Position numbers and translations under genes: made by a program
Shown here: one piece after another, positions 40,186-55,399 of the stretch
Position numbering within the stretch: the stretch's first letter is position 1
How the letters are laid out: each line of letters begins with the position of its first letter
Notes under the pieces: generated by a model
What the model saw: only the letters and a program-made list of their open reading frames with translations
Told to the model about the DNA's origin: nothing
Databases searched by the model: none
NCBI GenBank assembly: GCA_043228905.1
Contig: JBHGNT010000003.1
Location: forward strand, 25,606,001-25,670,000
Reading direction: 5' to 3'
Length of the DNA: 64,000 nucleotides
Source: Azolla caroliniana
Lineage: Eukaryota > Plantae > Polypodiophyta

Positions 40186-42256
40186 TCAGTTTTGTTTGGA
40201 ACTTTCGGAATTTGTTCGCCAATGATCAGTACTCATTAAAACTTAAAGGCACTGTTCCATCATACACAAACCATCCATCCAAAGAGTGTTTTACCAAACT
40301 ATCGCACATGACACAATTTTTTGTAATAATTGCTCGTTTTTTACCATAATACTTCAAGCTCACCTCCAATAGCACTGAATATTGTTAGGGGGCATGTACA
40401 GAAAATATTTGCTTAACGGCATTAACAATCTAATAGTAATGACAAGCAGTGGTGGTCACAAAAACAAGAGTTACATATCCTCTTGAGTGTCAAAATCTTT
40501 CTGTACTATCAGTTGGGTAATGTTCTCTTTTTTGTCCACCACTTCCACTGATTCAACTACCCCCCTATAAGCTGCAGCAAATACAAGAGCTCTAATTGAA
40601 CACGTCCAAAATGAAGCAAGGCTCTACCAGACAAGAACGTAACATATTTTGAACAATCTCTCTTTTAACCGACCAAAAACAAAGAAAGAGAGTAGAGACT
40701 GTAACAGACATCTAAAGAACTTAACTAATGTTAACAATTAAATTATGAAACAAACAGCATAAAAAGCCTACTAGACAGCTAAACCCTACATGACAAAACA
40801 TACGAAACAATGTGTGCTTCACTAGACAATTAAAACCTGATATTTAATCATGCAAAGAATACAAGAATTATGCAAGCCACACGTGCTGCAAAGGAATATA
40901 AATAGAAACGACGGTTGAATTGAGAAATATAAATATTTGCATGTATAAATACTACCGTTGGCTAACAATCCTCACTTATAATTACACAAAACCCACGATG
41001 CATTTTATGCTACAATGATGAGTGAGAAAACAAACTGGTCACTTTTTACTAGACATATATTTCTCATGGTAGTTTATGTATATACATGTGCGGAAATATA
41101 TCATTCACCATGACTATCTTATGGGTAGATAACCCATTATTTTGATTTATGCACCATCAACAAGCAAGAAACACCACTCCCTCCCTATTCATAGAACATA
41201 GAACATCAAGGGAAACTCTTATTCCATCCGTAAAACCCATTTACTGTGACTACACTTAGACACACTGTCTCACATTATATCATATTCTCAAGTTCTAAGC
41301 ACAAGAACACTGCTAGGATTAAAGCCAAATCTATTTATTGAATTCTATTGTTATTTACTGTTTAGCAAAACGCCTATTTATTATTGGGGTTTGATTATGT
41401 TTTCTGCTCATACATGATATGCTACAAAAAAGACAACTAATGTGCATTTCTCACGTTTAAACCAGCCCTCACATCTTCCAAGGAAAAACAAGTTCACAAA
41501 ACAATGCATGCTATTTGTTATCCATACTAGTTGTAACCACTCAAAACAATATCAATTTAATTTGAAACTGTATTAACTAAACTTCAACTGTAATACCAGT
41601 GTGTACACTCTTAAACAGTTAAAACCAGTATCATAAAGGGCTCTTAAAAAATGCGGTATTTATTCCAAGAAGTTATTATTCTGCAATTACATCAGATCAT
41701 CAAGAAATATTGATATGACATATCCAAATAATCATCAGTTTCAGTTCAAGTTTGGTTTATACACAACCCACAGAACTTCATATTTTCTCCAGACTTCTTT
41801 TTTCTTTTTTGATTGTGTTGCACAAGTGAAAAGACCTCTCTGTACAAGTTTTTCACTCATAAAAATAGAACAATTAAGAGCCTTACATTTCATCAATTTG
41901 CATAATTGAGACCATTTACAGGATATAGAGAGAATGTACACCTGTACAGAATGTCTCATTTCAGTTGAACGATTGATATGATTGGTCACTCCCTAGCACG
42001 CATTTCTATCTGGGGAAAGCTGTAGTAGAGTCTTGGAAGACTGTCTTTCTCTCTCAACTCTATATTTATGTATGTATGCACTTTCTATAACATACTGCGA
42101 CTTCCATCATTGTGAAAACAATTGTAGGTCATGTATGCATTGAAACGTTTATAAGGTGCATTCAGCTTGAGATGCCATTCGAATGAAGCAAAAAACACTC
42201 ACTGGAATCTTGAGCCAGACTTTATAATCCACAACTAACAAGCTTGACGAACAGTT

Positions 42257-45200
42257 CTATAGAAGATTGTTGACCGTTGTTGTAACCGAATTTGTCCTTA
42301 GTAAGTCCTGTGCGTCAAAAGGACCATTAGGTACTCTGATCAAAACATGTATAAAACATCCCGATCTTGATGAATGTAATTCAAACAATCACCCCAACAG
42401 AATCCTATGCATATTCAATCTATCTACTAAAAGAAACGAATCAGAACATTGATGCAACTCTTCACATTGTATGGATACGCATAATCACAATATTCTAAAA
42501 TATACATGCCTTGTCCCTTGACCCAAACGCCCTTCTAAATACCTTGGCTAACCAAACTTTCCACCAATTTTTCATCTGAAATCCTAGGTCTCTAGGTTTA
42601 CTATACACTAAATGTCCTGATCTTTTGCTCAATGGCTATCTAAGCTACCTTAGTAGCTGACTAGTTTTCTAATTATATTTTATCTCAAACCTACAGAACT
42701 GAAGAACTCAAGTGAAATAGACCTCGACAACAGAGGCAGCCTAGCAACAATACGAGATTGGCACCCAATTAAATTTATATTCCTGTTCTTTCATAAAGAC
42801 TGTATGTCATTGCTTCATCAAGAATCAAAACACATACCTGAAGAATTATCTCCTCGGGTGTATCTGGTAGAACTTCCCTTACAGTGTTGACCATGGCACG
42901 CATTTGAAAGTTAACTTGAAGGCCTTGCCGCACATTCTGATAGGGAGATTCGGCAATATCTTGAACGTGTTCATCAACGGAAGAGGATACTTGAGTAATT
43001 CGATGTGGAAAAGGCCACCAACTCCAACTTGCTTCACTGGAACCACTGTGAGAGTGACCTCTTTGTTGTCCAGTAATCCGCTGCATTATGGTCTGCATTG
43101 GCCCAGCCTGCCTTGCTCCTGTAGACAAGGGGTCCTCTCTCAATGAGGTTCCCCGATGAAACGGATCTGTCCATCTAAATTGTCCTTCTGAATCACTGGA
43201 CCAACAAAACAAGTAGTTTGGATTACAAACTCACAGAGTAGAAAGTAAAAGGATGACACTGTTTATGAATAGATGAGAGATTACACTCCACAGATTACAA
43301 AGGACATGCACGGGCTATACTATAGTATAAACCACATCTATTTCCATAAACAAATAAAAACCTATATAAAAAAAAACAACCTCCAATTATTGTGTTGGAG
43401 AGAAGTATTCCACTGTTGATCCATAAAAGGACGGATACCAGCATTAGATACACCTCTTTGGGAGATGTCGTCAAGTGTTTGCATATCTTCTGTTCCAGAA
43501 CCTCCATCATCAGTAGGTGTCCTTATTGTCAGATTACCTCCATCATCTAACAGTTGCCTTCTTCGAGAAGTTGACGAAGGACATGTCCTACCCATGAATA
43601 AAGGCCTCCGACAGGTCGGACAGGAATATGCTTCAGCAAGGCCTTGGTCAAGCCTTCAAAACAAAACCCATAAATTATTTGGAAAGCCTGACTATGAATT
43701 TCTAATCTCGAAAATGTTATGCAACTCTTAAATTTGACAACTATAGCTAACATAAAATGGTTACCAGGATCTTAAACATGGTAGGTGGAATAAATGTGTA
43801 CATGGAAGTTGTTTTGCTCGTGCCATTGGCTCCTGTAATACAAACAGAAAACCATTATCCAAAAGAATCCAAAAACCAAATATTTTTCTTTCAGTAATCC
43901 AGCCAATTATTTAACAGCCAAAAGCAAGTAGAAGATGAACTTGCCTTACAGATAGCACAATCATCATCATATGCAAGGAGCTCTTCCTCCGTTGCATCAG
44001 GGAGAGCACCTTGCAATGTACTCAATGCAGCTCTAATCCGCAAAAAGCCTTTGATTCGTTTCAGAATTGCACTGAGGATTGTCTACAAGAGAGTTAACAA
44101 CTTTCACCTTAGAGCAATTTAGAATCAGATATTCAAATGTTAGCTGAAGTTCATGAACATAATACATACACGTAAATTCAGGAAAAGGACACCGTCTACA
44201 ACTTTGAAAGCCAAACCCCGCAGCCACCATATATGCAGGCAATGGCCTAAGGAAAGCAGCAAACTTACAACATCCATTATAAAGCTACAATTTTGTACCA
44301 TCATGCCCCTCCATTCCCAGGCAGCAGCTGCAAATTCAGAGAGAAGTATAAAAATTATAGATAGTAGACAAAATAAAATGGTGTATTCGAAAATGCAATT
44401 CTGAACAGCTAGAAATGCTCGTCCCAATATTCTATGGCAATGCCCAAAGCTAAAACTCTAATCCAAACCATTGCTCAGCATCGTACCTGAAATTACAAAT
44501 GCTAAGGAATAAAACAAGACAACAGTTTCCTAAGCATCTGATCAGTATTTCGAGATCCATTTCAGTACAGGTTTGTTTTTCTTCTGAGTTATATCTATAA
44601 AGGTGATACTTGGCAGAATATACAATACTCGCCTAATTCAAACAGATATCTTTGGATGTAGGAGCTCAAAAGGTTCAGCATTAGAACAAATAGAGAGTCA
44701 TTTCTGCTGATGAGGCTGATTTGCTCCCTTTTGTTCTATGGCAAGTGGGAACACCTTAGAAGCATTACATGCAGGCTTTCTTGAGGGAAACATCTGTCAG
44801 ATGTTTGAACTGTGTTTTAATTGCACTGGGTTTGTTTAGATGTAGCTGGTCAACAATATGTATCAGTTATTATGTGATTATGGTGCCCTATGTATCACCT
44901 TACAAAACAATAATTGAAGTAGATAAAGGGCCATTGCTTAATATACAGAATCAACAGTTCCTTTAGCCATCCAAGTACAGTTATTATGTTATAGTCCTGA
45001 ACCTCAACAACAGATGCAAGTGTAGCGTGAAGATTATTCCAGAGTCTTCCAATGTATACAAGCTTATTTGTTTCCAATTCCGAAAGAGATTTGCTGTTTT
45101 CTTCCAGATATTAACCAATACTTTGTAAGTTCTGATGTTCTGTAGCTGGTAAGCAACTACAGTCAAGAGATGGGAATACAAAACGCAAGTCTAGCAGCTC

Positions 45201-48200
45201 TAGTAAATGGCATAAAGTCATGTGATAATAGCTATACCAGTTAACCACAAATCAAAAGAGGAGAAATAAAATTTGCGTCATGTTTGACTACAAGAGCTCA
45301 AGATAAGCTTCACATTTCACTGTAACACATATTATCAGGTATGCAGCTGTTGCTTACATCTGAGGGGGCATCTTTGTTGATTTAGTTATTGATAAAAAGA
45401 CAGTCTCATCTGATAAGGAACAAATATTATAAAATATTTTTATTGTTGACTTTAAACAAAACCAATGTTACCACTATATGTTCAGATCAAGTTTCCAGAA
45501 CTAAAAGCTGAATGTAAGGTGAAAACCCATAAAACACTTGCCTGCTGCAGACCTCTGTGATGGTTGTGGGTATGCACATTCTGATGCCATATCCCTGGTT
45601 TGACGATACCAAGTATCCTGAAGTTGCATTCCATGTACCAACACAGCCTAATCCATTCAAAGAGGGTTTCTGAGTGATTCATAATATACAACATGTTTAA
45701 CAATCATATAAGAAAGGAAGCAACCTGAAGTGTATCAAACACAATGCTGAAGGGCTCAAATAATAGTAACAGTAGAGTATTGATACCAGAGCTTTTAAAT
45801 ATATAGATGCAGAGTTGAATCCTGAAGCATGAGTGCCAAATTATTTCAATGTCTCCTCTAGCATCAATGTATAAAACATATGGATGAATGTTGATGCACA
45901 TTAGGTAGTGAAACAAGAGGATTTACCAGAATAAGTCAGCAAATAATACAAGAACCAATACTGCAAAAACACGGCCATGCTCAAACAGAGTGGCTGTAGG
46001 AGACGCATTTAATCTCTCTAATCGGTCCTTTGCTAACCCCTGGAACACCTGGTTCAATGAACAAAGCAATGGAAGACATTTCGTTAAGGGAAGACAACCA
46101 AATGAACAATGTGAAGCACAATATTCTGATAAACAAAATTAAAAAGGCAAATGACTCATGTGAAGTTTCACAGGTTCTCTAAATTGAAGAACCACTATAT
46201 AGTTTCTAAAAGATTTATCACTTTCAAAAAACATTATACATCATGTGATAAACATGTGAGTCATAGATATACTGACAAAGTTGGTAAGTTAGCTTACCTT
46301 CAGAAAATATGGTACATAACACTCATTATAACAACATAGATGCATTCCTCATTTACCTTCAAAAATCCTAGAACTGCAAACCAAACAAGCCATAAAGCTA
46401 TCTGCATTGTATCTGGTTGAGCCACCAATGCCAAAAAGAGACCCTGAAATTCAAAATGATCACCTTAACACTGTATAATCACTGGTTTATTTTTTACTTT
46501 TGCATGGCCTAAGATTTAGCAATGGTTTTTGTTTAAAACTTGCAAAATCTTCTCTGACAAGAGTATACATATATCAGAAACTTTATTGCATATCTATCTA
46601 TACTTTATTTATCATGCTACAAACTTTACAAAAATGCTATACCGAGTAAAACAGAAAAGGAATTATTACTCTCACAGGAGAATCTCTCATGGTAACAAGG
46701 TTCAATCAAATTTATTGTGGAGGTTAAAGGTACAGTTATTTTATAAGGAGATGGAGACAATTAACAAAATATCTTTACTTCATGAGATATAAAAAGCCAA
46801 GACGTAGCCTAGAATGATAATGATAATCATGCAATGGTCACTAGAGGAAGTGACATAGAACAATGCAGAATAATCAGCCACTGACAACTTCTGGAAGTGA
46901 CATGGAACAAGGCAGTCTCTCAAAAACCCAAGGGCCAAGAGTGTGTTTCCTACCTTGTATATGGTTAATCGTCTCTATTATCACCCATGATAGGATAGAA
47001 TACTCACAAAATGCAATTGTAAAAATATTCAGAGTGCTAATGTCCTCCTGGACTAAGTTGATGAGAAGAAAAGAGAAAATAGTGACGAAAATTAGGAAAA
47101 TATAATCCTCTTTTAGAGTGACAATCTCTACAATATTTTTACAACTTTGAATTAGCGTATGCAGCAAAAATAGCAAATGAGAGACATACTCCCAAACATA
47201 TGTTCTAGCTAAATACTGGTCTTGACAGTGATGTTATTCCCAATAAAACTCCATTCACAATCATAGGAGAGATTCATTACACCTCGCTACCTTTTTATGC
47301 TAACACGATTGAAATCTCACTACTGAAAAATTAACATTTTTATGCCAGTATTTCAAATTGAAGCTCATCTGGCGTACTTTGAAGATCACATAGTTTATCA
47401 GCCGCTCAACTAGCTTTTGGACTTCCATAATTGAAAGCGTCCCAAAAAATATTGCCTGCAAAACATTTCAGCTTTTGTTAGTTATCAGTACCTTTATTAG
47501 TGGATTCTAATTGAAATTTATGAGTCATCTAGGACCCATATGACATTTTAAGATAAGTTTTCCACTACTGCTAATAATTCAAACATACAATAATGCTACT
47601 AGAAAAGAAAACAGAACATTTGAAACTTTAATACTACAAAGAATTATTCATGTTATCTTGAAACATGAAGTGGGACACTAAATACAGAGAGGGGGAGGAA
47701 TAGAGTGAAAAGAAAAATGTCTAATATTTCTTCACAGGTTGTTGGAAGAATCAGAATGAAATGCATTTAACTGCAATCCATCATGGCTAGCACTTAAAAC
47801 TTTCAATATTTATACTCCTAAGATATCAACAGACATGATAAACTTGATATTTGTTCCTAGATGAGAGATTTTGGAAATATTAATCTTGACAACTATAGCA
47901 AGTGTAATGAAAAAATTATTTTTCTCACTCTAAGTCAAAAAACAATATGACTGCGCAGCAAGAACATAATAAAAAACATTTCTAGATCAGAAGAAAAACT
48001 AAAGAAATAGAAAATAGAGGGCAGTTCTTAAAGAGTATAAAATCTAAATAAATGAGCACCTGTGAAGGACATCTACTAGAAATGAGTCCATAATTCAAAT
48101 AAATAGGAATTCTTTAATTCCAATATCGAACCTTATTCAGTAATTCAATTGAAGTTCAAGATGTCAAATAATAATATCAGATTATAAACGTTAAAGCATA

Positions 48201-50494
48201 ATGTGTGTCAATGTTGTGTTTCGGCTTCATGGTTCAGTGAGAGGTGATAAAGCACATGAGATATATATCCAGTTGCCCATCAGTATAGAATACTATGAAC
48301 CGCTTTATGCATTGCATGGACATATGCTAGAACATACTTTATGGACGTCCCACTAATCTTCATGAAATAAGTTTTAATCCCCGTATGATAATCAGTACCT
48401 AGATCTTCATTTATTCTAAATCCCATACTTGAAAATATAGAAGCTGAATGATAGAACACAGTATGAATTGATCAAATCATATTTAAGCTATGCAACACAA
48501 AACTAAATTTGCAGAAGACACATAAAAACGGCACCTTTTTCATAGTTGCACTAGATCTGCATTTAAGTGAACGTGATGCACTAGTCTTCATAAGTTAGAT
48601 TTATTAGGAGATACACTAGGCTGCACTAGATACATTTCTTCTATTCCACTCCATTCAATCATCTTTATACATCTAGTGAAATCAAATCAGTACACGAAGC
48701 AGTTCATGTACATAATCACCATCTGTTAATGCTCAATCATTACGTTGAAGCGTCTGCACAAGGTCATCTGTACATCTATAATTGCTGGAGTTCCCCAGAT
48801 TACCTGGAAAATCCTCCACAGAGTCATTACCAGTTAATTTTTCTCTTTGTTAATGGCCGAAATTGCCTGAAAAGAAATGTCGCAAAAGTAATTACATTCC
48901 CTAAGCCGTTTCTTAGATTAGCTGGATAATCTCAACAGAATCATAATTAGTTTCGTTTCTTTTCTCTTCAATTAGTAAGTGACTTTGCAGAAAAAGACAG
49001 CATTCAACAAAAGTATTACTTGCTCTTAGCTATTTGTTATGTCCTCAGGAGAATCCTCCATAAAAACAGAATTAGTGAGTGAGGTTGCCTTGAAATACAA
49101 CATTATTGCTAAAATAAGTATGTTCCCAAATCAAAATCGTGGAAATTTTGATAACATCATCCACAACATCATAATCGGTTACATTTTCCCTTAATATTTA
49201 ACAGGCAAGGTTTCCTGGAAAAAAAATGTTATCTTAAAGAGATTATAATCTCCCAAATCTGTAAAAATATGGAGAAGAAAATCGAGAAGCTTTTAAGATT
49301 ATCTGCAGAACCCTCCAGGGAATTATAAGCAGTGAGTGAGTGAAGTTTCACAAGCCATAAATAACGTGGTAAAGAAAACCAAGCAGTTAATTAGATTATC
49401 TGGAAAGCCCTCCACAAAATCATAATCAGATTCTGTTTTTCTCTTCAAACAGTGATGAATGAAGTTGCCTGATCAGTTGAATATACCACACAAAGGTATC
49501 ACTTTCCTTCAAACATAAAGATGGTTTCAGTTTAAGTTCTCTCTGTCAATTAGAGAGTGAAGTTGACTAATTAAATACTGATGATGCATGACTAGTCAAA
49601 CACAATACAAAAAAAGAAAACAATTTCCCTGAGCCATAATACATGGAAAGAAACAACAGTAAAAATCACAAATTTCCGTAAGCCACAAAAAGAGGCTATT
49701 AGATTATTTGGAGAATCCTCCACAAACGGATTAGTCTTCTCAATAAATTGTCTGAAATAGGAAAATCGGAATCAATTTCGCTAAGATATAAATATATGGA
49801 AAAACAAAGAAAAGAAAAAGAACCTATACTTCATAAGCACAAGATCTACAGAGAAGTCTGTGAAACAAAAAGATGCTGCTATAGAGATAGAATTACAACA
49901 AAGAACATGAAATTGCCTTCATTATAGGACTGCTACAAACCCAAGAGACGATTAAAAACGTGTTTGTAGTGAGACTTGAAAGAACATTAAAATTAAATTT
50001 ACGATAAAAAAAGCACAAGTACTTACGTTTGTGATAAGTGTGGCAAGAAATATCATGACATCAACGAGAGAAAACGAGGCAAATTTTATAGAGATGAACT
50101 AACAGGAAGGAAAGAACAACAAGTAGAAAAACTTGCCTCTGGGATGATACGAACAAGATATACGCCATGACAGGAAATGAAAAACAATAGACAAACTAAC
50201 AAAAACAAGATCCTAGTGCTATGCAATTGTACGAATACAACTTGAGCAGAAGGGAATACGAGAACTTGCCTTTGTGATGAGACTAGCAAGGATGAAGAAG
50301 TTGAGAATGATGTTAAGCATGACCACGGTGTTGAGGGAGGATTGAAAGAGATGTCTGAAGAGACCAGAAGCAGCTACCACTTCTTCTGATAAAGAATGAT
50401 AAGGTTTGGGAAAGGAAGATTTGATCCTCCATGCCAAACTACACACACTCGCAGCAGTGTAGGCGGCAATGAAAGGACCATAGCTTCTTCCCAT
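42257..50494 (-). CDS. RIN2: RIN2/RIN3-type (AMFR/gp78-like) membrane RING-H2 E3 ubiquitin ligase with CUE domain, about 586 aa, 12 exons
   Basis: Exons 50494-50270, 47455-47378, 46443-46357, 46048-45927, 45821-45725, 45647-45542, 44327-44170, 44082-43945, 43832-43765, 43653-43381, 43195-42838, 42307-42257 (1761 nt). Motifs KLVERLINY, DRLERLNASP, HIWWLRG, RING CAICKEPM...SWLDQGL...CPTCRRPLF, and CUE VREVLPDTPEEIILQDLLRTNSVTTTVNNLL*. Introns 1, 6 and 8 need GC donors. Confidence 0.93.
48795..49740. repeat. Degenerate dispersed minisatellite in RIN2 intron 1
   Basis: Variants of GATTATCTGGA.AATCCTCCACA.AATCATAATCAG occur at about 48798, 48915, 49040, 49150, 49297, 49394 and 49701. Confidence 0.65.
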
Positions 50495-51207
50495 TGCTCT
50501 TTGTATATTTCCTTTATTTCTAAGTATTTCTTTTTGTTTTATTTCTTTGTTTCTCTCTTTGTTTATTTGTATTTCTCTGTCATTTAAGAAGGAACCTTAA
50601 TTCTCTAAGAGACGATTATTAGGTCTCTCTGTCTTCTAATTGTATATCTCTAGCTTCTTGTCATTGCTTTCTTTCTCTATGTTTCTTTCACTGCCAGAAC
50701 AGAGGCAAACCTTTGTTTTCTATCAGAGATGATGATGAATAAAAAGAAGAAGAAGACGAATGCGTATCTCTCCTGATCAAGCTCGCAGCAACAACATTTC
50801 TCGCTTTATCCAAATTCCTCTCTTTATATTTGCCGTTATATCAGAATCAACCTTGACGCTTCAAAGCCTCTCTCTCACGATCTTTTTTCTGTCTGTCTCT
50901 CTCTCTCTCTCGTGATCAAGCTTGAGAAACAAGTCTGTCTTTGTCTCTCGTTTTCTGTATGCCTGTCTCTCTCTCTCTGTCAGATGGAAACCCACATCGA
51001 CCTCCAATTAAACAAATCTTCTCTCAGATGAAGAAGGAGTACAAGCAAGGGGGTAGAAGAAGAAATTTCTCTGTCAGTCTGTCTATCTTTATGTTTTTTT
51101 TTTTTTTCCTTTGTCTTGTCAGATCGAGAAAGGATCTTCGGGATACATTGAAGTCTTATCTCAGAAGAAGAGTCAGAAGAAGAAATGGAGGGAGGTAGAA
51201 GAAGGCA

Positions 51208-51211
<4 letters not shown>

Positions 51212-51267
<56 letters not shown>

Positions 51268-51402
51268 TTTTTATGTTTGTCTGTGTTTATGGTGTTGTCT
51301 TACTGTATCAGATCGGGGGGATCGACCCCATAGCTGCTCTGCTCTCTCAGAAATGGATATCGATGATGAAGAAGAAGAAGAAGAAGAAGATGAAGAAGAA
51401 GA

Positions 51403-51456
<54 letters not shown>

Positions 51457-51722
51457 GGCGACTCGCCAAGAAGAGAAAGTGAAGGTCTCCCAATATATAT
51501 TTTTTATTTTTATTTTTATTTTTATTTGTTTATATATGTTAAATTTTTATTTGTTTTATTTATTTTATTTATTTATTTTATTTATTTATTTTATTTTATT
51601 TATTTTATTTATTTTATTTATTTTATTTATTTTATTTATTTTATTTATTTTATTTATTTTATTTATTTGTTTGTTTTATTGCTCTGTGTGTGTGTGTGTG
51701 TGTGTATGTACGTGCGCGCGCG
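51212..51722. repeat. Compound microsatellite block: (GT)n, (GAA)n, (CT)n, (TTTTATTTA)n, (GT)n, (CG)n
   Basis: Directly visible. It explains the spurious low-complexity ORFs here. Confidence 0.95.
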
Positions 51723-53279
51723 CGCATTATGCATATTAATTAATTTCCAGGACTCATATTTTCTGTATTTTCTTACAGCTAAAGAAATGTATACATATAA
51801 TGCATGTATATTACGTACATACATTACATATCGGATGGAAAACATTCTTTTCCATACGAATTAAAACGAATGCGTATGTTATCAACACATTCTTATGTTT
51901 TTGTTTTTCTTACACTTTTTTACCTTAAAACATTTTTTTAATGAATACAAAAAGTATGGTATTTACCATACTTCGACTGTGTTTACCATACTCGAATGTT
52001 TGAGGCATTTTCGATTGCGAATGCTCGTATGGTACGTATGGTTCGTACTATGCAAGTTCATAATATACATATGTATGTATATGTATGTGGATAATTAATA
52101 ATTAATATAATGATAAAAGGGCTTTCCCTTGCTAATAACACCTGCTGCATTTTAAACATTCCCTTTTATCTCTCACACATACACATCTATGTGTGTATAC
52201 ACACATACATCAGACACACAATTGTGAATGTATGCATGCATGTGATGTATGTATGTATGCATCGGTCATGCCCATGACTCTATGTCGTCGATCCTCTTGC
52301 ATTCATAATACAGCATGTGTGGCCAGCCACATCCCACCAAATGTGCAATCCTTCTTTCCTAGTCTAGATCCTGAACACAATGAGAGAAAGAAAGATATAT
52401 TAATGTTTTCTAAGGTCAAATTTGGCCCATGAACTTTGGTAGTACAAACATACATGTGTGCATTGTTGTTATGCCTAGTTAGATTTCAAAAAAAACTACA
52501 TAATATGGCCCTACATTCATTCGCCTACTGGAACTTTAACACTAAGCATAAACATTATCCATTGTGATCAATCACCTCATTACATGCGTACAAGGCTTAC
52601 TTCCCATTTCAACAATGGAGAGTTTGTTCTCATAAACAAAATCCAAAGAGAAATTAATGAATCCAAATTGAGCTTCTAATCTAATTACACAACAAAGTTA
52701 TGACATTACAAGTGCAACTAGGAAATTAGACTTGTCATTATCTTGATTATAACTTTTGTACTTGCTAATTAAAAAGTGATTAATGCTTAAATAGTATAAT
52801 TAGGGTTTGTCTTTGAATGAACAAAAATAGGATTTGTCTTTGAATGAACAAAAATGCATGTGGGTGGGTGGGTATGCCTTCTCCTCGGACATATATGCAT
52901 TATGATCTATTTAATCATATTTGTAGTAATTTATGTAGATTCTAAAGCTTTTAAGGAACGTTATAATATGTACATATATCTAAGTATTATTTTAGTAAAT
53001 CATTTGAGCATGATTTATTATTTAGGTGGAAATTGTATTTCTTGAACCAAACAAAAAAGCAAAAGAAAGGTTGTCCCCATTACTCTAAAAGGTGAAGTCT
53101 CTTGCCTACCAACCTACTAGTTTTAAACCTCAAAGTTAGGTGAAACCAAAAGGATGACTCAAAGAGTGCCAATGTACAAGATTGTCATCGTGAGAGAATG
53201 TGCTTAAAAAGTGCTTGAAGGTTAATAATGTATGGACAACATAAGCATGAAAAATGGGCATAGTGACTAGAGAGAAAGC

Positions 53280-53280
<1 letters not shown>

Positions 53281-53320
<40 letters not shown>
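53281..53320. repeat. (TG)n microsatellite
   Basis: Directly visible. Confidence 0.95.
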
Positions 53321-53321
<1 letters not shown>

Positions 53322-55399
53322 ATGCACGAAAGATGGGTTGGAAGGAGCTTTTATTACAAAGGAATGATGAGTAGCTCAAAATGGGTTAAGACATTGGGAG
53401 GTGTCTCCGTTGGATGATCCAGGAGTTTATCTCTTCAAGTAACAATGGGGAAGTTTTACAAACTTCATATTTTTTTTATGAACAACGATCCGTAGACCTA
53501 AGGGTTGAGACTCTACCAATGTCCTTGGCAAAGGCTACCATTTTGAATTTTGCCCCATCACTTTCATGTTCACTATGTAGAAACTTTGGGATTGTTATCT
53601 CCTAAGGAGCTTCAAATGTATTTTTTGGTAAGAAAACATATTCACCAATTGTGTTGGCCATTATATATTATAGTTTTGTAGGTCTAAAGATTTTTTTTTA
53701 TCCTCTTTGACATTCCATTGTGATTAATACAATATTGTTTACGAAAAATAAAATACATATGATATATGTGTGTGCATTGCTTGCATCCGCAAATATTATA
53801 CATGTTATTTTGCAAATGCTACATTTGTAAGGGAGACACCTCTCGAGAGTTGCTTATTATAAAACTATATATGGAGGCGACCTTTCACATGTTCATTGAG
53901 ATATCATTGCAATTTCTATTAGAAAATTAGGTGGTATACATACATGTACAATTTTGGTATATTTTATTTTTGAAGGTTCTCAACCGATGACTATTTCACA
54001 TTTGCAAGGATCAAGCAAGCAAGCTTGGATCATTGGTGTTTTGTTATGCGTGATTGTTTCTAACCTCTTATTGCTTTGTATGGAAAATATATTTAGAGTA
54101 TGCCCCATTGCAAGGTGTAAATTTTGTCATGTGAAACAATTTCTTTGGTCTTTGTATATATTGACGAGTTTTTTTTAAACAAAAAATACGTTGGATTTCT
54201 GAACGATAATGACATAACTTTTTGGCCTTGTTCACGAGATTGAGAACTAATCTAGTACATTTAAATTATATTGTTTAGGATTTTAGTAATAACAACAATT
54301 CTTCCGTTGTCACATATCAGGACAATGTTTTCTTTCTTAATCACATTGCATGGCATTTCAATGTATCCTCTAGCCATGTTGGATAACTCAACTAGAAATC
54401 AAATGATGGTTGTTCCCCCCTCCCATTAGTTAAAAGAGGGGAGTGAACGAGATGTCATGTGAGATATTGAATGCATGTGATGTGTATGAAAGGTTGGCTA
54501 GAGACACATGCGAAAGTGTAAGATAAATAAGCGAGATCACTGGTGAATGATAGGATAGTTTAGGCAAGGCCTACCCGACAAAGGGATCGAAGTTGTGTAT
54601 ATTTTAACCAATGGAGTATATTATTTTTTGGAAAAAAAAAATCAAACAATTTGCATACTTGAAAAGATTAAAAGTAAGCAATGACATTTGAATTTGGTGA
54701 CTTGGTTCATGCATATGCATCCATGCCTATGATCAATGCAATCACTACTTACAATTTATATTCTTAAATCATTGTAGTTCATTGCCTCGACAAGGGATCA
54801 TCTATAAAATTCGTGTACCATATCCTTTTAACAGTTTGGCAATCTAAATGCTAATGAAAAAGGGAACACTCCATTATGCGTCGAGTGCATGAGGGACAAT
54901 ATATATATATAGATATATATACACACACACACAACATATATTTGTGTATTGGCTCAAAAATCAACTTCAATGCACGTGTTAGTTGCTTTGCACAACATTA
55001 TTTCGACAAAAACATATTGGGAATTGGACAATGTTGATGAGGAGTGACATTGTTGACCACAATATTATTGAATTCAACTTGATTGATTGGAAAAATGGAC
55101 AAAATCTTTTGTTATGATGGACCAATATTCACAATAATTTTACGAGTCGTAAAGCTACTTAACAGGATATCGTTTTCCAATACTCATAAAGCAGAAGTAG
55201 AGCCGTCTTGTAAGATTTATTTTATTGCATGTATATACGGATACATAGTAGATGTACCCGTGTTGATGTTGGGAATCTTTCCCCAGATGCTAGAAAAGCC
55301 ATGGTCTTCGTATCCATCACATTTGCTTATAGTATGGGATTCAACAACTTATTTTGAATGTTACTCTATTGCATTTGTTGTTTGATTAAGCTTGGCCAA

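Noticed and set aside
50941-51864. Several 60-184 aa ORFs
   Set aside because: They are translations of microsatellites (CVCV, SLSL, FILFIL) with no coding signal.
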